Notes: generated from the letters alone by a model not told the origin. A DNA stretch of 62,195 nt, filler included, from Platydemus manokwari (GCA_037951405.1; 6 parts of 6 records of this genome joined end to end with filler, not necessarily neighbours in it); one strand, 5' to 3'. Shown: positions 40,977 through 54,875, numbered from the whole stretch's first letter. Numbers and translations are program-made.

Positions 40977-43900
40977 TCAATTTATAGTTGATTTCGAAAG
41001 ACGAGGATCACGACTGAAATTCGCTCCTGATTTTGAATTAGATTTATAATTATTCTGAGAATGATCATAATTATTACTGGAACTGCCCGACTTTCGATTT
41101 CGATCAAAATCTGATTTATCATTTCTGTCGTGATATGTTTTATGACTTTTTTCATTTCTTTCATCGTTAAAATTTGGTCTGTTATATGGTTTAAACTTTT
41201 CATTTCTGAAATTTAATAAATAATCAATAAATAATAATCACAAAAATTACCGATTGTAATTGTTTGAAGGTTTAGTTGTCTCTCCATTCCAGTTTTTCAT
41301 TTTAATATATTCTTGATACGACCTGGCTTCAAAATTGCATTTAACTTTATCTGTTTGAAATTTGACTTCCTTCACACTGTCCCCAGTCTTACTATTAGAC
41401 GATTCATTTTTAATGCTACTATGCTGCTTGTTATTTGAGGTATCTTTAGTTGTTTTACTTTCAGATGATTTTTTATAAGCACCTTTATATATTCTATGCA
41501 ATGTTTCTTTAGGAAAGACATCAAAGAAGAAATTCACAAACGACCAAAGATAACTGAAATAAACTATATAATTTAAAAATCAACTCTGTATTAACTAACT
41601 TTCTCCACTGTCTTTTTTCTTCACCATTATCAAAGTTTAATATAACACTCCTTATGTGATTACCTATACTTAACAAGCAATCACTGAGCTGTTTATCATC
41701 GATCTTGATTTTATTACCATTGCGCCGTTGCATGTCTTCCAAAAATTTTAATTTCGACTTAATCGGTTTCATCTTTTTTGTACACTAAATTAAAAATAAT
41801 TAAATATTTAATAAATTAAAATTTTTACTTTATCAAAAAGTGGTCCTTGCATTTCATAAAATAGATTTTCGGGATCTTCAGAAACTTTTGACTTATTTTC
41901 TCGGTGCTTTAAATGCTCAACAAATGACTTCGACTTATTATTTGGTTTAGTTTTTGTTTTAGATTTATTTTTAGCATCAAATGATTCTTTACTACTATTA
42001 TCACTTGATTCCACAAATTCAGCAGATTTAGGATTTGAAACATGATTGACTTTAGGTTTAACTTTTGATTTCTTGATTACATCTGACTTTGTTGGTTTTG
42101 GTATTTTCTTTATTACGGTTGATTCCGGTTTAACAACTGTTTTAACATCTCTTAACTTTTTTAAAAGATATTCTACTCTGGTCCTTAAATGACTAGCTTG
42201 GGGTCTTTCGGTCACCGAGGATGGAAGAATTTTACATGTCAATTTTAAATCAGGATCCATTTTAATGGCTTCCCAGTTATCTAATCCTCTTTCAAAAACT
42301 CCAATTAAGAGTCGAGCGTCATCTTCAGTCTCCCACATACACGACCAGTTGGCCAATTTAGTCTCAAATGGCAATTCAAATTTTAATCTTTCTTCCTTAT
42401 TTTTAGGTAAAATAACATGTAAAATATCAAGATCATCAATTGATTGCAAGAAACCCTTTACATTTATAACAATTTTACGTAAATTGAAAACAGCTTTGTT
42501 TTTCTTTTCTTCTGTATCACATTCATTAAAAACAGAATTACACCCAGAAATTATTTGCTTCATTACATCAAAAACTTCCTTTTCACTACGATCAATTATT
42601 TCAGCTTCTACCATAATTGATTGTATTCTTTCTAAAGGTCTAGGAAATTTTTTCATAACCTTGATAATGGATTTAACTTCCTTGTCCGTTAATTTTCCAA
42701 CTGCTTCTTTATCATCCTCTTCTTCAGAACTTTCATCACTACTTGTGTTATTAACTTGTCCTACTTGATATGCTTTAACTTTTTTCCTCTGTCTCGGACC
42801 TAATTCTAGTTCCAGAAGTGCTTTTTGATGTTCTTCCTCTTTAATTTTTTCCCGAATATCCTGTGGAACAATATCGCTCCATAACTTAGGCTTTCCTTTG
42901 TGACCAATATAAACTATATCTTCATCTTCTGCAGTTTCAGTAATATTAACAACTTTAAATGCTGATAAGAGATCATTGGCTGGATTATGAGATTCATCGT
43001 CGTTGTCTCTAGTTTCTGCTCTTTGCAAAATGTCATGAATGTTTAACTCTTGTTCTTCATCTAATTCTTCGTCCTGGTTAAATAAATCTGCAGCACCAAA
43101 TTTCAATATTTCATTCAATTCATCTTTACTGAATGGTTGATTTTTATTGGCATCTGTTTTTCTATGCAATGCTGAATCCATTCTTTGTATTACTAAATGA
43201 TCTAAAACCATCTTTCTTTTGGCACATTCAATGATTTTTTCTTCAATTGAATTTTTAATTACAAAGCGATATACTGATACTTGCCTTTTCTGACCAATAC
43301 GATGAGCACGTGCCATTGCTTGTAAGTCGTTCTGAGGATTCCAATCTGAGTCAAAAATTATAACTGTGTCAGCTGTGGCTAGATTTATTCCCAATCCACC
43401 TGCCCGGGTGGATAACAAGAAACAAAAATCAGTAGAACCATCTGCATTGAAATGATCTATGGCTTGCTTCCTGAGACTACCTTTAATGGAACCATCTAAT
43501 CTTTGAAATCCCCATCCACGAAGTAACAAATAATCAGATATAATATCTAACATTCGAACCATCTGACTAAATATCAAAACTCGGTGACCCTTTTCTTTTA
43601 ACTCGAACAATAACTTATCCAAAAGCATCATTTTCCCACTAGATTTTATATAATATCTTAATCGACTATCTGGATCCATTTTAAATTCAACTTCTTCATC
43701 TATTGGATTAACTAATTGAATATGATTACAGCATTTTTTTAATTCCATTACTATGTTAAGAAAAGAAGATGTATGGCCACGGGTTTCTTTAGATAATGCC
43801 TCATAATTTTTAGTTAAAATTAATTTATATAATTCAGTTTGCTTTCGACACATAGGAACTCTGATAATCTGCTCACTTTTAGATGGTAGAGATTTTTCAA

Positions 43901-46216
43901 CATCTTTTTTGGTCCGCCTAAGTAAAAACGGTTCCAGCACTTTATACAACTCACTAACTACTTCCTCAACAGCTCTATTCTCACTTGATATATTGTATCT
44001 CTCTTCAAAATCGGGCCAGGTGCTAAACTTATCTGGCATTATAAAATGTAGCAAAGCCCAAAGCTCTCGTAAAGAATTATGAACCGGAGTTCCTGTTATT
44101 AACAGACGTGTGTTTGTATCAAATGTTATTAAAAAATTATACAATTGACTTTCATCATTTTTCAATCTATGAGCTTCATCGACACCAAGGAAAGCCCATG
44201 AAATTTTATTTAGCCAATCTTTATCCTTTAACAATAGTTCATAAGTTGTAATGCAAACATGAAACTTCAGCATTTTCTTCTTCGGAAAATACCATTCACA
44301 TTCACGGATAACCTGTCTTGATACGGCATCACCAGTATAAATAATTACATTTAAATAAGGTGCCCATATATTAAATTCATTTTGCCAACTACTTATCGTA
44401 CTCAACGGAACAACAAGTAAAAATGGACCATAGATTGAATGCTGGTTAAATAGGTAAGACAGAAGTCCAATAGTTTGGATTGTCTTTCCGAGACCCATTT
44501 CATCAGCCAAAATTACACTATTCCCTCTGGTCCATGCGTGAGCAAGCCAATTTACTCCATCCAACTGATAATCTCTAAGTGTCATATCTGGATTATGAGA
44601 TAAATAAACAGGCTGCTCTCTTATTGGAATAAATTTTGGTCTTCTAGTTAATGCTTCACATTTTCGATTCGGAATCATTGCTGATCTACTACGTTCCTCA
44701 AATTCACTAATAGCATCAGGGTATAAACTGTTTACTATTTCTCCAGATTCCCATGTAGAATATCGGTAGTCAAGAGTCTTCCACTTAATCATATAATCTA
44801 TTGAATTTGTGCTTTTATTTATCTGTGCATCAATAATTCTTTCGCATTCCATCTTTTGTTGTAATAAAGCTTCGTTGCGCTCTTCCTCAAATTGAGCAGC
44901 ATCCAAATCTTCAGGGGATGCGTAGTGTTTTTTCCAAATTTCTCTTTGTTTTTGTATTTCTTTAAATTTAATTAATTTCTTCATTCCATCGAGATTATGA
45001 TACTTCGAAATACTGGATTCTGATTCCCATGTACTGTGAATATGACTCCACTCTCTCCATTTTATAAGATACTGAAACTCAGTCTCTGTTTCATTACTTT
45101 CATCATTATTGTATTTGGAGTTATTCAAAATTTTATTGTAATATGACGTCTCTCCACCAGTATTGCCAACAATACCTACCCGGAAATTTAATACTTCTTC
45201 AATTACATTTAATTCTTCGCTAACATACTCTGATCCGTGTGGGTCATCATACATGGGATCGTTACACATACTTAAAAACTAATCAATAAAATTATATATT
45301 ATTTTGAAAACTTACTCTTGCTCTATTTTCCCACCCCGAATAAGAATAGCGGGTTTATGCAATAATGGATTATCTCTAATATAAAATTATTTTATTAATA
45401 CTAGTAGCTCCGATTTATTACCTAACATTAGCAAAGCCGTTAGTATTATTCAACTTTTGGACCTTTTTTTTAGGTGGTTCACTGCTATCTGAAGCTTCTT
45501 CATCACTAGTTACCACTTCTTTATAGCTAACATTAGTGCGTTTACGAAACTCCATTTTTTGTTTGTAATTATATTTTTTATTTCGTTTTGTATAGGCAAA
45601 GTCGCTATCCTCGTCATCATCTTCATTATTATCTTCCGATGTTGAACCCGAATATATTTTGCGACTAAGCCTATTTGAATGTGATCCACGCTCTGATAAT
45701 ATATTAAAGCGTGAAGGTTCTTTACGATTTCGTTCTGAACGTCTGGTTGTATATAGATCTGGATTTTCTTTAATTTCATCTAATAACTGAAGTATAAATT
45801 AGATTAATATTTTTAATTAAATAAATTTTAATGAACAAAATAATTATATTCTATTTTGAAAAACTGAAAATTTCGACATTGACTATTAATGTCACATCAG
45901 TTACAAAATATCGATTGATTCAATCAGAGAAGAAAAAATAACTACATACAAATATTGCACACCACATCTTATGTACAACGGATAGGTAGAAAAATATATT
46001 TAGAAAAAATGAGGCTCATAATTTGCTAATCATTAAAATGAATTATCGATTTTACGAAATAAAATTTACTTACAGAACGTTGTCGTGTTTTACTTGGAAT
46101 TATTATTTCACTCTCACTAAGGAACGAAATATATTAAATTATACTATATGTCAGATTTACTTGGAACTATTTGTACTGTTTCTTGATGATTCGTCGTCAT
46201 CACTATAATCTAGCAT
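40977..46216 (-). CDS. CHD1: Chromodomain-helicase-DNA-binding protein CHD1/CHD2, multi-exon
   Basis: Tandem chromodomains (QYLIKWREWSHIHSTWES; YMIKWKTLDY..TWE), SNF2 ATPase (ILADEMGLGKT, DEAH, FLLSTRAGGLGINL, QAMARAHRIGQ), SANT-SLIDE region (DDARLLIGV..G..NWEAIKMDPDL) and C-terminal CHCT/DUF4208 (CTKKMKPIK...QWRNYLWSFV). ATG at 46216, stop at 40979-40977; one exon of about 3.4 kb. Confidence 0.96.
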
Positions 46217-48007
46217 CTAAAAGACAAATATTTAAATATATAATATACAAACAATATTAATTAAAAATGAAATCGCATTTAAGTCAAATAGATAATTTGG
46301 TTGAAATATCAACATTTCTTATATCATTAATCAACATAATACATAAATTTAACACATTTATGAAAATTTGCACGTTTTGCCAAAAGATCATGTGAAAAAT
46401 TTACAATACATAAAGAACAAAATTGTTTTTTAGAGGATGATACAAAGTTTTCTTTTCAATTTTTAAATAAACATGTTAACTGTTTCATTAAAAAACGAGA
46501 CGTTTTACATTAAGTATGCAAATTTATTGACAAAATTAAATTAATTTTACTCCAACCTAGTTAGATTATATCTAACACCAATCTAATATTAGAATTCGAA
46601 ACTAATTGTTGAGTGAAAATGTCCATAAGCACATTGATAACTGGATTAATAATCAATACTAAGCTAAATTAGAACCCCAAATATTAATGAAAGATATTAT
46701 AATTAGTACGTAATATTAAAAGTTAAGGCGAATATATATCAATTGATTCCTTCTGAATGTATATTTCACACTTCATAGTTATTTCATCCTAAAACTCTAA
46801 TTTAGCTTAAACTGGAGATTTAAAAAATGGATCTACTGACGTTTATACTGATAGATCATATTCTATTTCAAGATTTAAGTATATCACCATCCTTTTCATA
46901 TCGTGAGATGTAAAGGAGAATATATATGACATGCGTATCATGCATTTGGTACTATCCAAATCTAACGCCAATATATTCTAAAATATTTAATTAAAATAGT
47001 TGAATTTAATAGGAAATGGCAACTTTTACTAAAATATCACTCACCTAAACATAGCTTTTACATTAACTGATAAACATAATCTAGAAATATCCTACAAATA
47101 GACAGGATTATTTTAAATTTCACCTTTTCTTAAAAGATTTGTGAATTTAACAGAATCTATCATCATGATTTATCATAATTTATGATTTCAAAATATTTAT
47201 CAACATCGAAATTAAAAATCCAATACTTATCTCTATTAATATAAGATTAGCATCATGGTTTATTTGAACATACATTCATTCTTTAATAAAATTCAAAATT
47301 GAGTTGCCATTTATTATGAAAAAATCACACATCATTATATCCTATTATGTATGAGAATATATATTAGGACAATACAAACATAAATAGTATGCAGCAGGTA
47401 ATACCCCATCAAAATATCGTTAATATAATATTTCATTTCATTAATTCTAATTAAATGAGAGTTACAGAGTTTCACTGTTTTTATAAAAGATATGAACGAT
47501 GCATATCATTTCCATAGTGAATTGACTGATAATTTCATATAATTCAGTTGTTATCTGGTTATGTTACCAATATAAATAACTTAAATGTTATTTATGCCAA
47601 CAACCAATCGAAAACTAATTCTGAAAAATGTTGATCAAATATTATCATCTAACATCTTTCCAATATCTTACATACAAATAAATTCATATATCAATTAAAT
47701 AAATGAGCAGAATTCCAATAATCATTATAGTAAAAATAAGAGTACCTAAAAATACTCCATAAACACAGAGGTACAAACTCCATTTCAAAAGAATAAAATA
47801 ATTTTTTAAGTGTTTAATCGATTCACAAATAGACAAAATTAACTAAAAACTGGAAAATAATGGAAATCAATAATAGAAAATGTCCTTGTGTTTCGATATT
47901 TATATGCATTTGTGTTTATCAGTGCAGACAAACAAGAGCACATTTTAAAATGAAGCTACAGACAAATGAGATATTGAAACTATGCAGCCAAATATAAACC
48001 AATACTA

Positions 48008-48076
48008 ACCGTCATAAAGCGAATCAGTGAATAGCGAAACAAAATGGCGATCACACACTATACAGAATCTGATTGG
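48008..48076 (-). promoter_or_regulatory. Probable CHD1 core promoter and non-coding first exon
   Basis: On the minus strand: CCAATCAG box (48076-48069), YY1-type CGCCATTTTG (48049-48040), then donor G|GTTAGT at 48010/48009. The matching acceptor TTTTAG immediately precedes the CHD1 ATG at 46216. Confidence 0.5.
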
Positions 48077-51000
48077 TTCTTCTTATTTACTAAATAGGTT
48101 ATTAAAACAAGAACTTCCTCATCATATTAATTTTAAAAAAATTAAATAAAAACTTTAAATTAATACGAATTATGAATTAGACACTCTAATTCGGAAAAAA
48201 TGAATAAATATAAATTAAATTTAAATTACTGTATTACATTTTGTAAGCTAATCATAAAGTAATTTCGCAATTAAGTCTTATTAAATAAAACTAATTAAAA
48301 TGTAAATTGAAATTGAAATCCAAACATGAGTAAACAAGATTATTACATGTAATTTATAAATTAACTATTTTAAAAAGTTAATAATTTCTATTATTGTCAA
48401 GATTAATATTTGTGTATGCCAGTCTTATTAAATACCATTATGAGTAATCAGGTAAAAGTATAACTTAAAGATGATTTATTTTTGATTAACCACTATTTCG
48501 ACATATACCTTGATTCACAGGTTTTGTAAGAATTCAAGAATTTACTCAAATACAAATATCAAGCATAATTTTAAAAAATCAGTAAAAATAATATTTCATT
48601 AATTTCATAGTTAAATAATATTTGCAATTTAGCATTTGTAAAAGTCATCATCCGTAAAATTATTTTATTTCAAAATTTTAATATTAATCTAATTTTTTCT
48701 CACACGGCAGCGTTTTATACACAATTAAAGTATTAAGCACTTGTGAAAAAGTATTCGAGTTAACTCTTTTTAATAACCTTAAATTAATTACAAAATATTT
48801 TGATTGGTTTTTGAAGAAAATTGTTCGATCTTATTTATATGTACTTACTATCCTTTGCTCTCAATGAGCTTAAGCTCTTAAGAATTTGGAAATGCATTTT
48901 TAAAGATCAAACGGTTTTCTTCTCGATTTTAATTTATAATACTTATTTGTTCTTAGTACACAATATTATTTGCATTAATGACATGCTGTTATTCTTTTTC
49001 TGATTTGAATTAATTTTGAAACCAGGTGGGAAAACTACTGTACGTATAATAACAAACATCAATTGAAGAATATATAATTATAGCCTAACAATGAATTATT
49101 TGTTTATCAGAGTTCATGTAAAATTCTTCCGTAGATCATTATTTACATAACCATGGTACAAACTTAATTTGTATTCGTTTTAATAAAATTTGTCATAATC
49201 ATTTTGTTAACTATCAGTTATCTACTCATTCAATTTTCAATTCATTACCAGCTAGCAAAAACTAATGATATGATTTGTGTATTTTTACTTTTGATGTATA
49301 ATAGTAATCATTAATATCAATATATAAAAATACAAAAAGAAAATCAAAGCAATAATTTTTATTAACCGGAAAATGATTTAGTAACCTGTTGATATAATAG
49401 GTTGTCTATCGATGCCAAACATAACTATAACAATTATATTTAGTAACGGTGCCAAAAGAACTCAATGAAAACTGTAAGTTATAGCTAAATAGTATTTATA
49501 AAAATAGTTTTTTTTTATCACCCATCATATGGTCTTTATGCTTTCACGCATCGTGAGGTGAAATGAGATCGAAACAAAAGGTACATTGCACCCGAGGGTT
49601 TTAATCGAACTCGAAGGTGATTAAGATTTTAATAAATTAATCAATTAAATAAGATTTGCTATAGTCAAATTGAATAAAATAGAAAGTAACAAATTTGCAA
49701 TTTCGTCCCATGTATTATAGTATTTTTGGAACGGTTTGTCAAAGATTATGGTCTTTTTAGAAATCGTAATTATCATCATGATAACAATAGAAAGAATCAC
49801 ATATTTTGTAAAGTTAAGCCGGCTGGTTAATATTTCCGACTTCCAAATCTAACAGAAGTTTGTCCGAATTAGATATATTTTGAAGGAATATGGTTAAGTT
49901 GTTTACAGATTCAGGTTACAGGTCTTATATCAATAATCAAATAAGGTTCTTTGTTGATTTCAATTTCTTGAGATGGCTCATACTCCAAGAAATTTGAAAT
50001 TGTATTGGTGTCAGTTCAACACAAGTTATAGACCATATTCGGTATTGTCATTTAGAATGCATCTATCAATAATTGCTTAGTAAAGTATAATTTCGTTAGT
50101 TTTTATGTTTTTCTTTGATCGTCAGCTTTATTTTTAGTAAGTTTTTAAGCAAATTAATTCGTCACCAAAGAAAATCAATTTCAAAAGAAAAGAATTGTAT
50201 TTCAATTGTTTTGAAACTAATGCCACAATTATAATACATATTAATCATAGCAATATAATCGAATTCATCTTTTCCAATTATAATGTTATGGGAAATGAGA
50301 CTTTGAAATTTCTTAGTAATTATTAAGAAAGGAAAATTTTAAAATTCGAGGCATAATTAGGCATCTTAATGATGAATAAACAATGAACCAACATCATGGA
50401 AGTGATTGAAGGTTCATGAAGTCATATTTCGGGAAATTGAGTTAATTTTTTGCCTTTCTACTATTTCCCTTGAAATATTAAAATATTATTTTACTTAATG
50501 AGTTACAAAAGCTTTTTTTTTGATTTTTATTGCTTTCCGAAAGTTATTATCGAAATAAAATTAGTTTGGTTTGCATGGTATAATTTGCATTAACATAATT
50601 ATTTTAAATTGGTTAATTTTAAACCCTAAAAAAACTATTTTTTTCAGTTTAGCAATGATATTTGCATTTTGTTCAATTAGGGATTTCTCATATTTCCTTA
50701 TCCAATCATAAATTAAGGTCACAGAAGAAATTCATGGTTAATTTTCTGGATTTGTTTTGGTGTTCTGAATGGATTTTATCGATTGATTAATTTTTTTGGT
50801 TTACTTGAAAATCTTGCTATCAATTTTGAGACTAACTTTTGAACTTTTTAAAATCGAAATTTATCAATTGTTTGAAATGATTCAGGTATTCTAATAAGAA
50901 GTTTTCTTTTATATTTCACATTTTTAATACAGTAGTTCGAGAATATTTTCGAATTTCGCTAATATGGAATGATTTTTCGACAGCCAATTTTCCAGCAAAT

Positions 51001-51326
51001 ATCCAGTTCTATTATTAAAGATTCAGTAACAGAATTTATATATTTGATATAATTAATGTTTGTTAGTTGCTAAAACTTCTTGATTTTTTATGTTTAAATC
51101 AAAAACCATAATTTCACCGAACAAATAATGCATCAATTTTAAACAAATATTAGATTTTTTTCAACCTTCTTTTTAAAAAATAAAATCCTCACATTTTTAT
51201 TTTTAAATTTTTCTATTTTTAAAAAATTACTGTTAAAATATTTTTTAAAAAATTGAGAGATTACAATAATGTTTTAAGCAAGACCATTTTCTAAATACAA
51301 ATATTAAATATTTTTGATGAAATCAC

Positions 51327-51426
51327 NNNNNNNNNNNNNNNNNNNNNNNNNNNNNNNNNNNNNNNNNNNNTTAATTAATTAANNNNNNNNNNNNNNNNNN
51401 NNNNNNNNNNNNNNNNNNNNNNNNNN
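51327..51426. other. Artificial contig-joining linker
   Basis: 44N-TTAATTAATTAA-44N. Confidence 0.97.
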
Positions 51427-51889
51427 TAAATTATAATTAATCCATCTTATATTAAATGGCAAACACAATTAAGATTCTTTGAGATCTAAGATATTGACTA
51501 AATCATTCTGCAAATGAGTGCTTTAAAAGAAAATAAAGACCCAAAATAATTATAGATAATTAATTTTAAATTGCTAAATAATTGTTATCTAATCTAATCT
51601 TCTTAAGTTTTGCAATTATTCAATAAAGTATTTTAAAATTATTTATGAAACAATTTTAAGGCAAAAGCTAATTCATATATAACCAATAAAGCTAAAATAT
51701 TTAAATGTTTTCATTAAATTCTCATTAAACTAATTTCATCGAAAATAGACTTTCATGTAATTTAACAATAAATAAGAGTTAATTAATTTTTGTTTAATCA
51801 CGACGTTTATTTAAAGTCAGAATTTTTATCACTTTTTTGTGATTATAATTTTTTGAATTTTCATTAGGAAAACTGAATCAATAGACAAA

Positions 51890-53484
51890 ATGTATCATTT
51901 TGGCAGTGATGAAAGTTCTAGTAATAGTGACAACAGCGAAAGTTTTACAAAAACAAGTACTTTAAAATACTTTAAAACATTATTTGAACATTGCTAGATA
52001 AATATCGTTATTCTTTCGATGTAGCTCCAGTTCAAGATTTTAATGATCTAGAAATCGACGATTATGAATGGTTTAAGAATAGGAATTCTAGTAGTTTAAT
52101 AAGAATGAAAGATTTAATAATAATTATCGTACAAATTTAGAACACAATGAGGATGAAAGTCTAGAGATCGATAACGTAAGCATAAATAATGAAGATATAT
52201 GCGATACTACTGTTAGAGATCCTGAAGAAAGTAATTTACCAAAGGAAAATGAGATGCTAAATGTGATCAATTCATGTGACGAGAAAGAAAACATTGAATA
52301 TGTTGATGATAAATCCGTCCCTCTTGATAATTCGTTGAAAGATAATACAGAAATATTTCAAATAACTAACCACGTTAATGAAGAAAATAATGAAATCAAA
52401 ACACCAGAAATTATCAAGGACGAAAATAAGGAGAATATTATCATTCCAGAGGGAGAGAAATTAAAACCTGTTAAGAATGCCCTTGTTCGACGACCGCCAA
52501 TTCGACAAGCACAAAACACCGCCAATGTTGCAGCTTTAGCTGACGATTTTAGCCATAAACAAACAAAGCTAAACAAAATCGTAAACCCTCTCAAAGGACA
52601 GACACAGACATTGAATAGATTTCCTTTGAATACTAAACATGATATCGAGAACAAAGGCAAGATTTTGACTTTAAATCGAAACAATCCGATTAAATCTGTT
52701 TGCTCTAAGGTTTTGAAAATTGAATTTAGTATTCAAGAATTATTTCAAAATGATTATATTTAGCCTCCCACTATTCCAAGAAGTCCAGTTTTAGAAACGA
52801 AGCGTCGGGCAGCTGAAAAACAGAATAAAGTGAGTGATTTAACTTCTAAAACAATTCTCAGTCTTGAATTATAATTTGTGAAATTTATTTGAATTATTTA
52901 CATGCTTATGATTGGTTGTTTCATTGTGTGGTCTGATTGATTGTGTGCCTTTCATGACTGGTTGTATCACAAACAAATGTATTTAATGTTTCTCTGTAAG
53001 CCATTAGAATAGTTTGTATGTGTGTGAGTAGTGATCGATCGCAATCCTTCGATACATGCGTCCATAAATATCAGGATTTCCGAGCATCGTTGTGTTATTT
53101 AAAACGATTCAAATTTCAGTGTAAGGAGCTTTCTCCACCTGATTATTGTTTTATTATTCGAGCAATTTTGTGTTTCCTTGATGGAAGTTGTCATTGGTAA
53201 CTGTTTGGGAGATCATGTCGAAAACGTGTGTCACAATTTTATTGGTATATTCTAGATGGAGATGCAAAGCATTGAAAATCAACAAATGGGTTCAACAGCA
53301 GACTATAAAATTTACAAAGGGGTTATTTTGTTGATTATTTTGTGATTATTGATTAACGTTATGACAACAGGGTAGTGCGGTTCGTAGCGGAGCAACAACG
53401 TTACCATGCACAAAAAATGTGGTGTTATATCTGTATGTTAAAACAATTTATTGATTTATTTAGATTCGTCCTCTGTGGAAATAG
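51890..53484 (+). CDS. Uncharacterised low-complexity protein with a TPX2-like motif (PTIPRSPVLETKRRA)
   Basis: In-phase exons 51890-51956, 51998-about 52094, 52141-about 52709, 52764-52829, 53256-53321, 53371-53418 and 53464-53484 (ends KNIRPLWK*). Acidic N-terminus, basic C-terminus. The 3' exons are less certain; read-through at 52829 would instead stop at 52874. Confidence 0.65.
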
Positions 53485-54353
53485 AAGATGGTTTTCGATT
53501 TTATGTGTTCTCTTTTTGTGAATAAATATATTTCGTAGCTTTTCTATTGTTTTGTTTTAAGTGACTTAGAAGGGTTCTGATCTAGCAATGACGATTGGTA
53601 TTCATAAATATTCGCAATATATTTTGCTCTAATGCGTGATGCACGTCGAGATAACCTTATTGATCTCAATCACTTGGATTATATTTGTTCATGTCAATCA
53701 TGGCCATAGAGGCCTGTGTCAAGTTGATAATAAATTAATAATATTACCACAACTGTTATATCTTCTAATAACAAAAATATAAAATTAGTTTTCAAAGTAT
53801 GGATGATGTCATTAAAGAAATATTCTAGCCTGATTATGTTGCGTAATGGAATCCCAATAAAGCAAAATTGCATCACAATGAATGATAAATGTTTCATACT
53901 TACAGATTTGATCATCAATAAAGATCAGAATAAACAATTGAAATCATTTTGTTTAAAATAAATATTATTATTGCCAAAGCTTTGAGATTGAATTTGTCAA
54001 AATCTCCCAATAGAATATTATTTCGACAGGAAAATTATAAAGATCAATCAGTATATGTTATGATAATCTTTTATTTAAATTATAACATTAATAATAATAT
54101 TATTGTAAATTGTATCATAAATTCCCAACAAATATGCCAGCCAATACAAATAATAAAACAAGCAGAAAGAATGACAAAAATAATTTCTCAAATTTGTAAT
54201 GCTAATTTTCATTTGAATAAATAGCTACTGGAATTGAAAACATTAAATCAAATTCGATATACCATCCTTGCATTTTATTGGATTTTGCTCTTGACTGCAA
54301 TGTATCAGTTATCACTTTATTGGATTTTGGCGCACAACTGAGTTGATCTATGC

Positions 54354-54789
54354 CAGTGATTCCCAAACTTTTTGGGCATACCGCCCTCTTTTCAGAATAA
54401 ATATTACTTAGCGCCTCCAAACTAACCCACACCAATTTTTTAAAAACTTTTAATAGCAGTTTATAAAAAATCTTAATGTGACTATCTTTTTCATTAAGTA
54501 TATTAAAAAAATATAAATTAGGTAGAAACAATGCATTTTGAAAGTAAGAACATATTTATTGCACTTGGAATAGATTTTAATACAAAAACTCAAAATTATG
54601 TTAATGAGAAGGATGAACCTGGTGTGCTGCTACCGATTTTGTAACATTGGGCTCATCAAAATTCTTAATAATCATTTTCTTACATTCTTATAGTATTATC
54701 GCCTTCAAATGAGCTTGTATTCACCACCGACCCTCTGGATCCTTACAGGGCCTACCAGGGGCCGGTAGCACCCACTTTGGGAATCACTA
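54354..54789. mobile_element. hAT (Charlie/MER5-like) MITE
   Basis: TIRs cagtgattcccaaa (54354) ... tttgggaatcacta (54789), with a GC-rich subterminal segment at 54723-54775. The flanks have a central TA but the TSD is decayed. Confidence 0.7.
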
Positions 54790-54875
54790 CCATAAACAAA
54801 TTATTGAAGTTTGGATTTGGAACCGAAAAACAGGGTCATCGTAATTAGTGATATTCGTATTATTGATAATAACAC

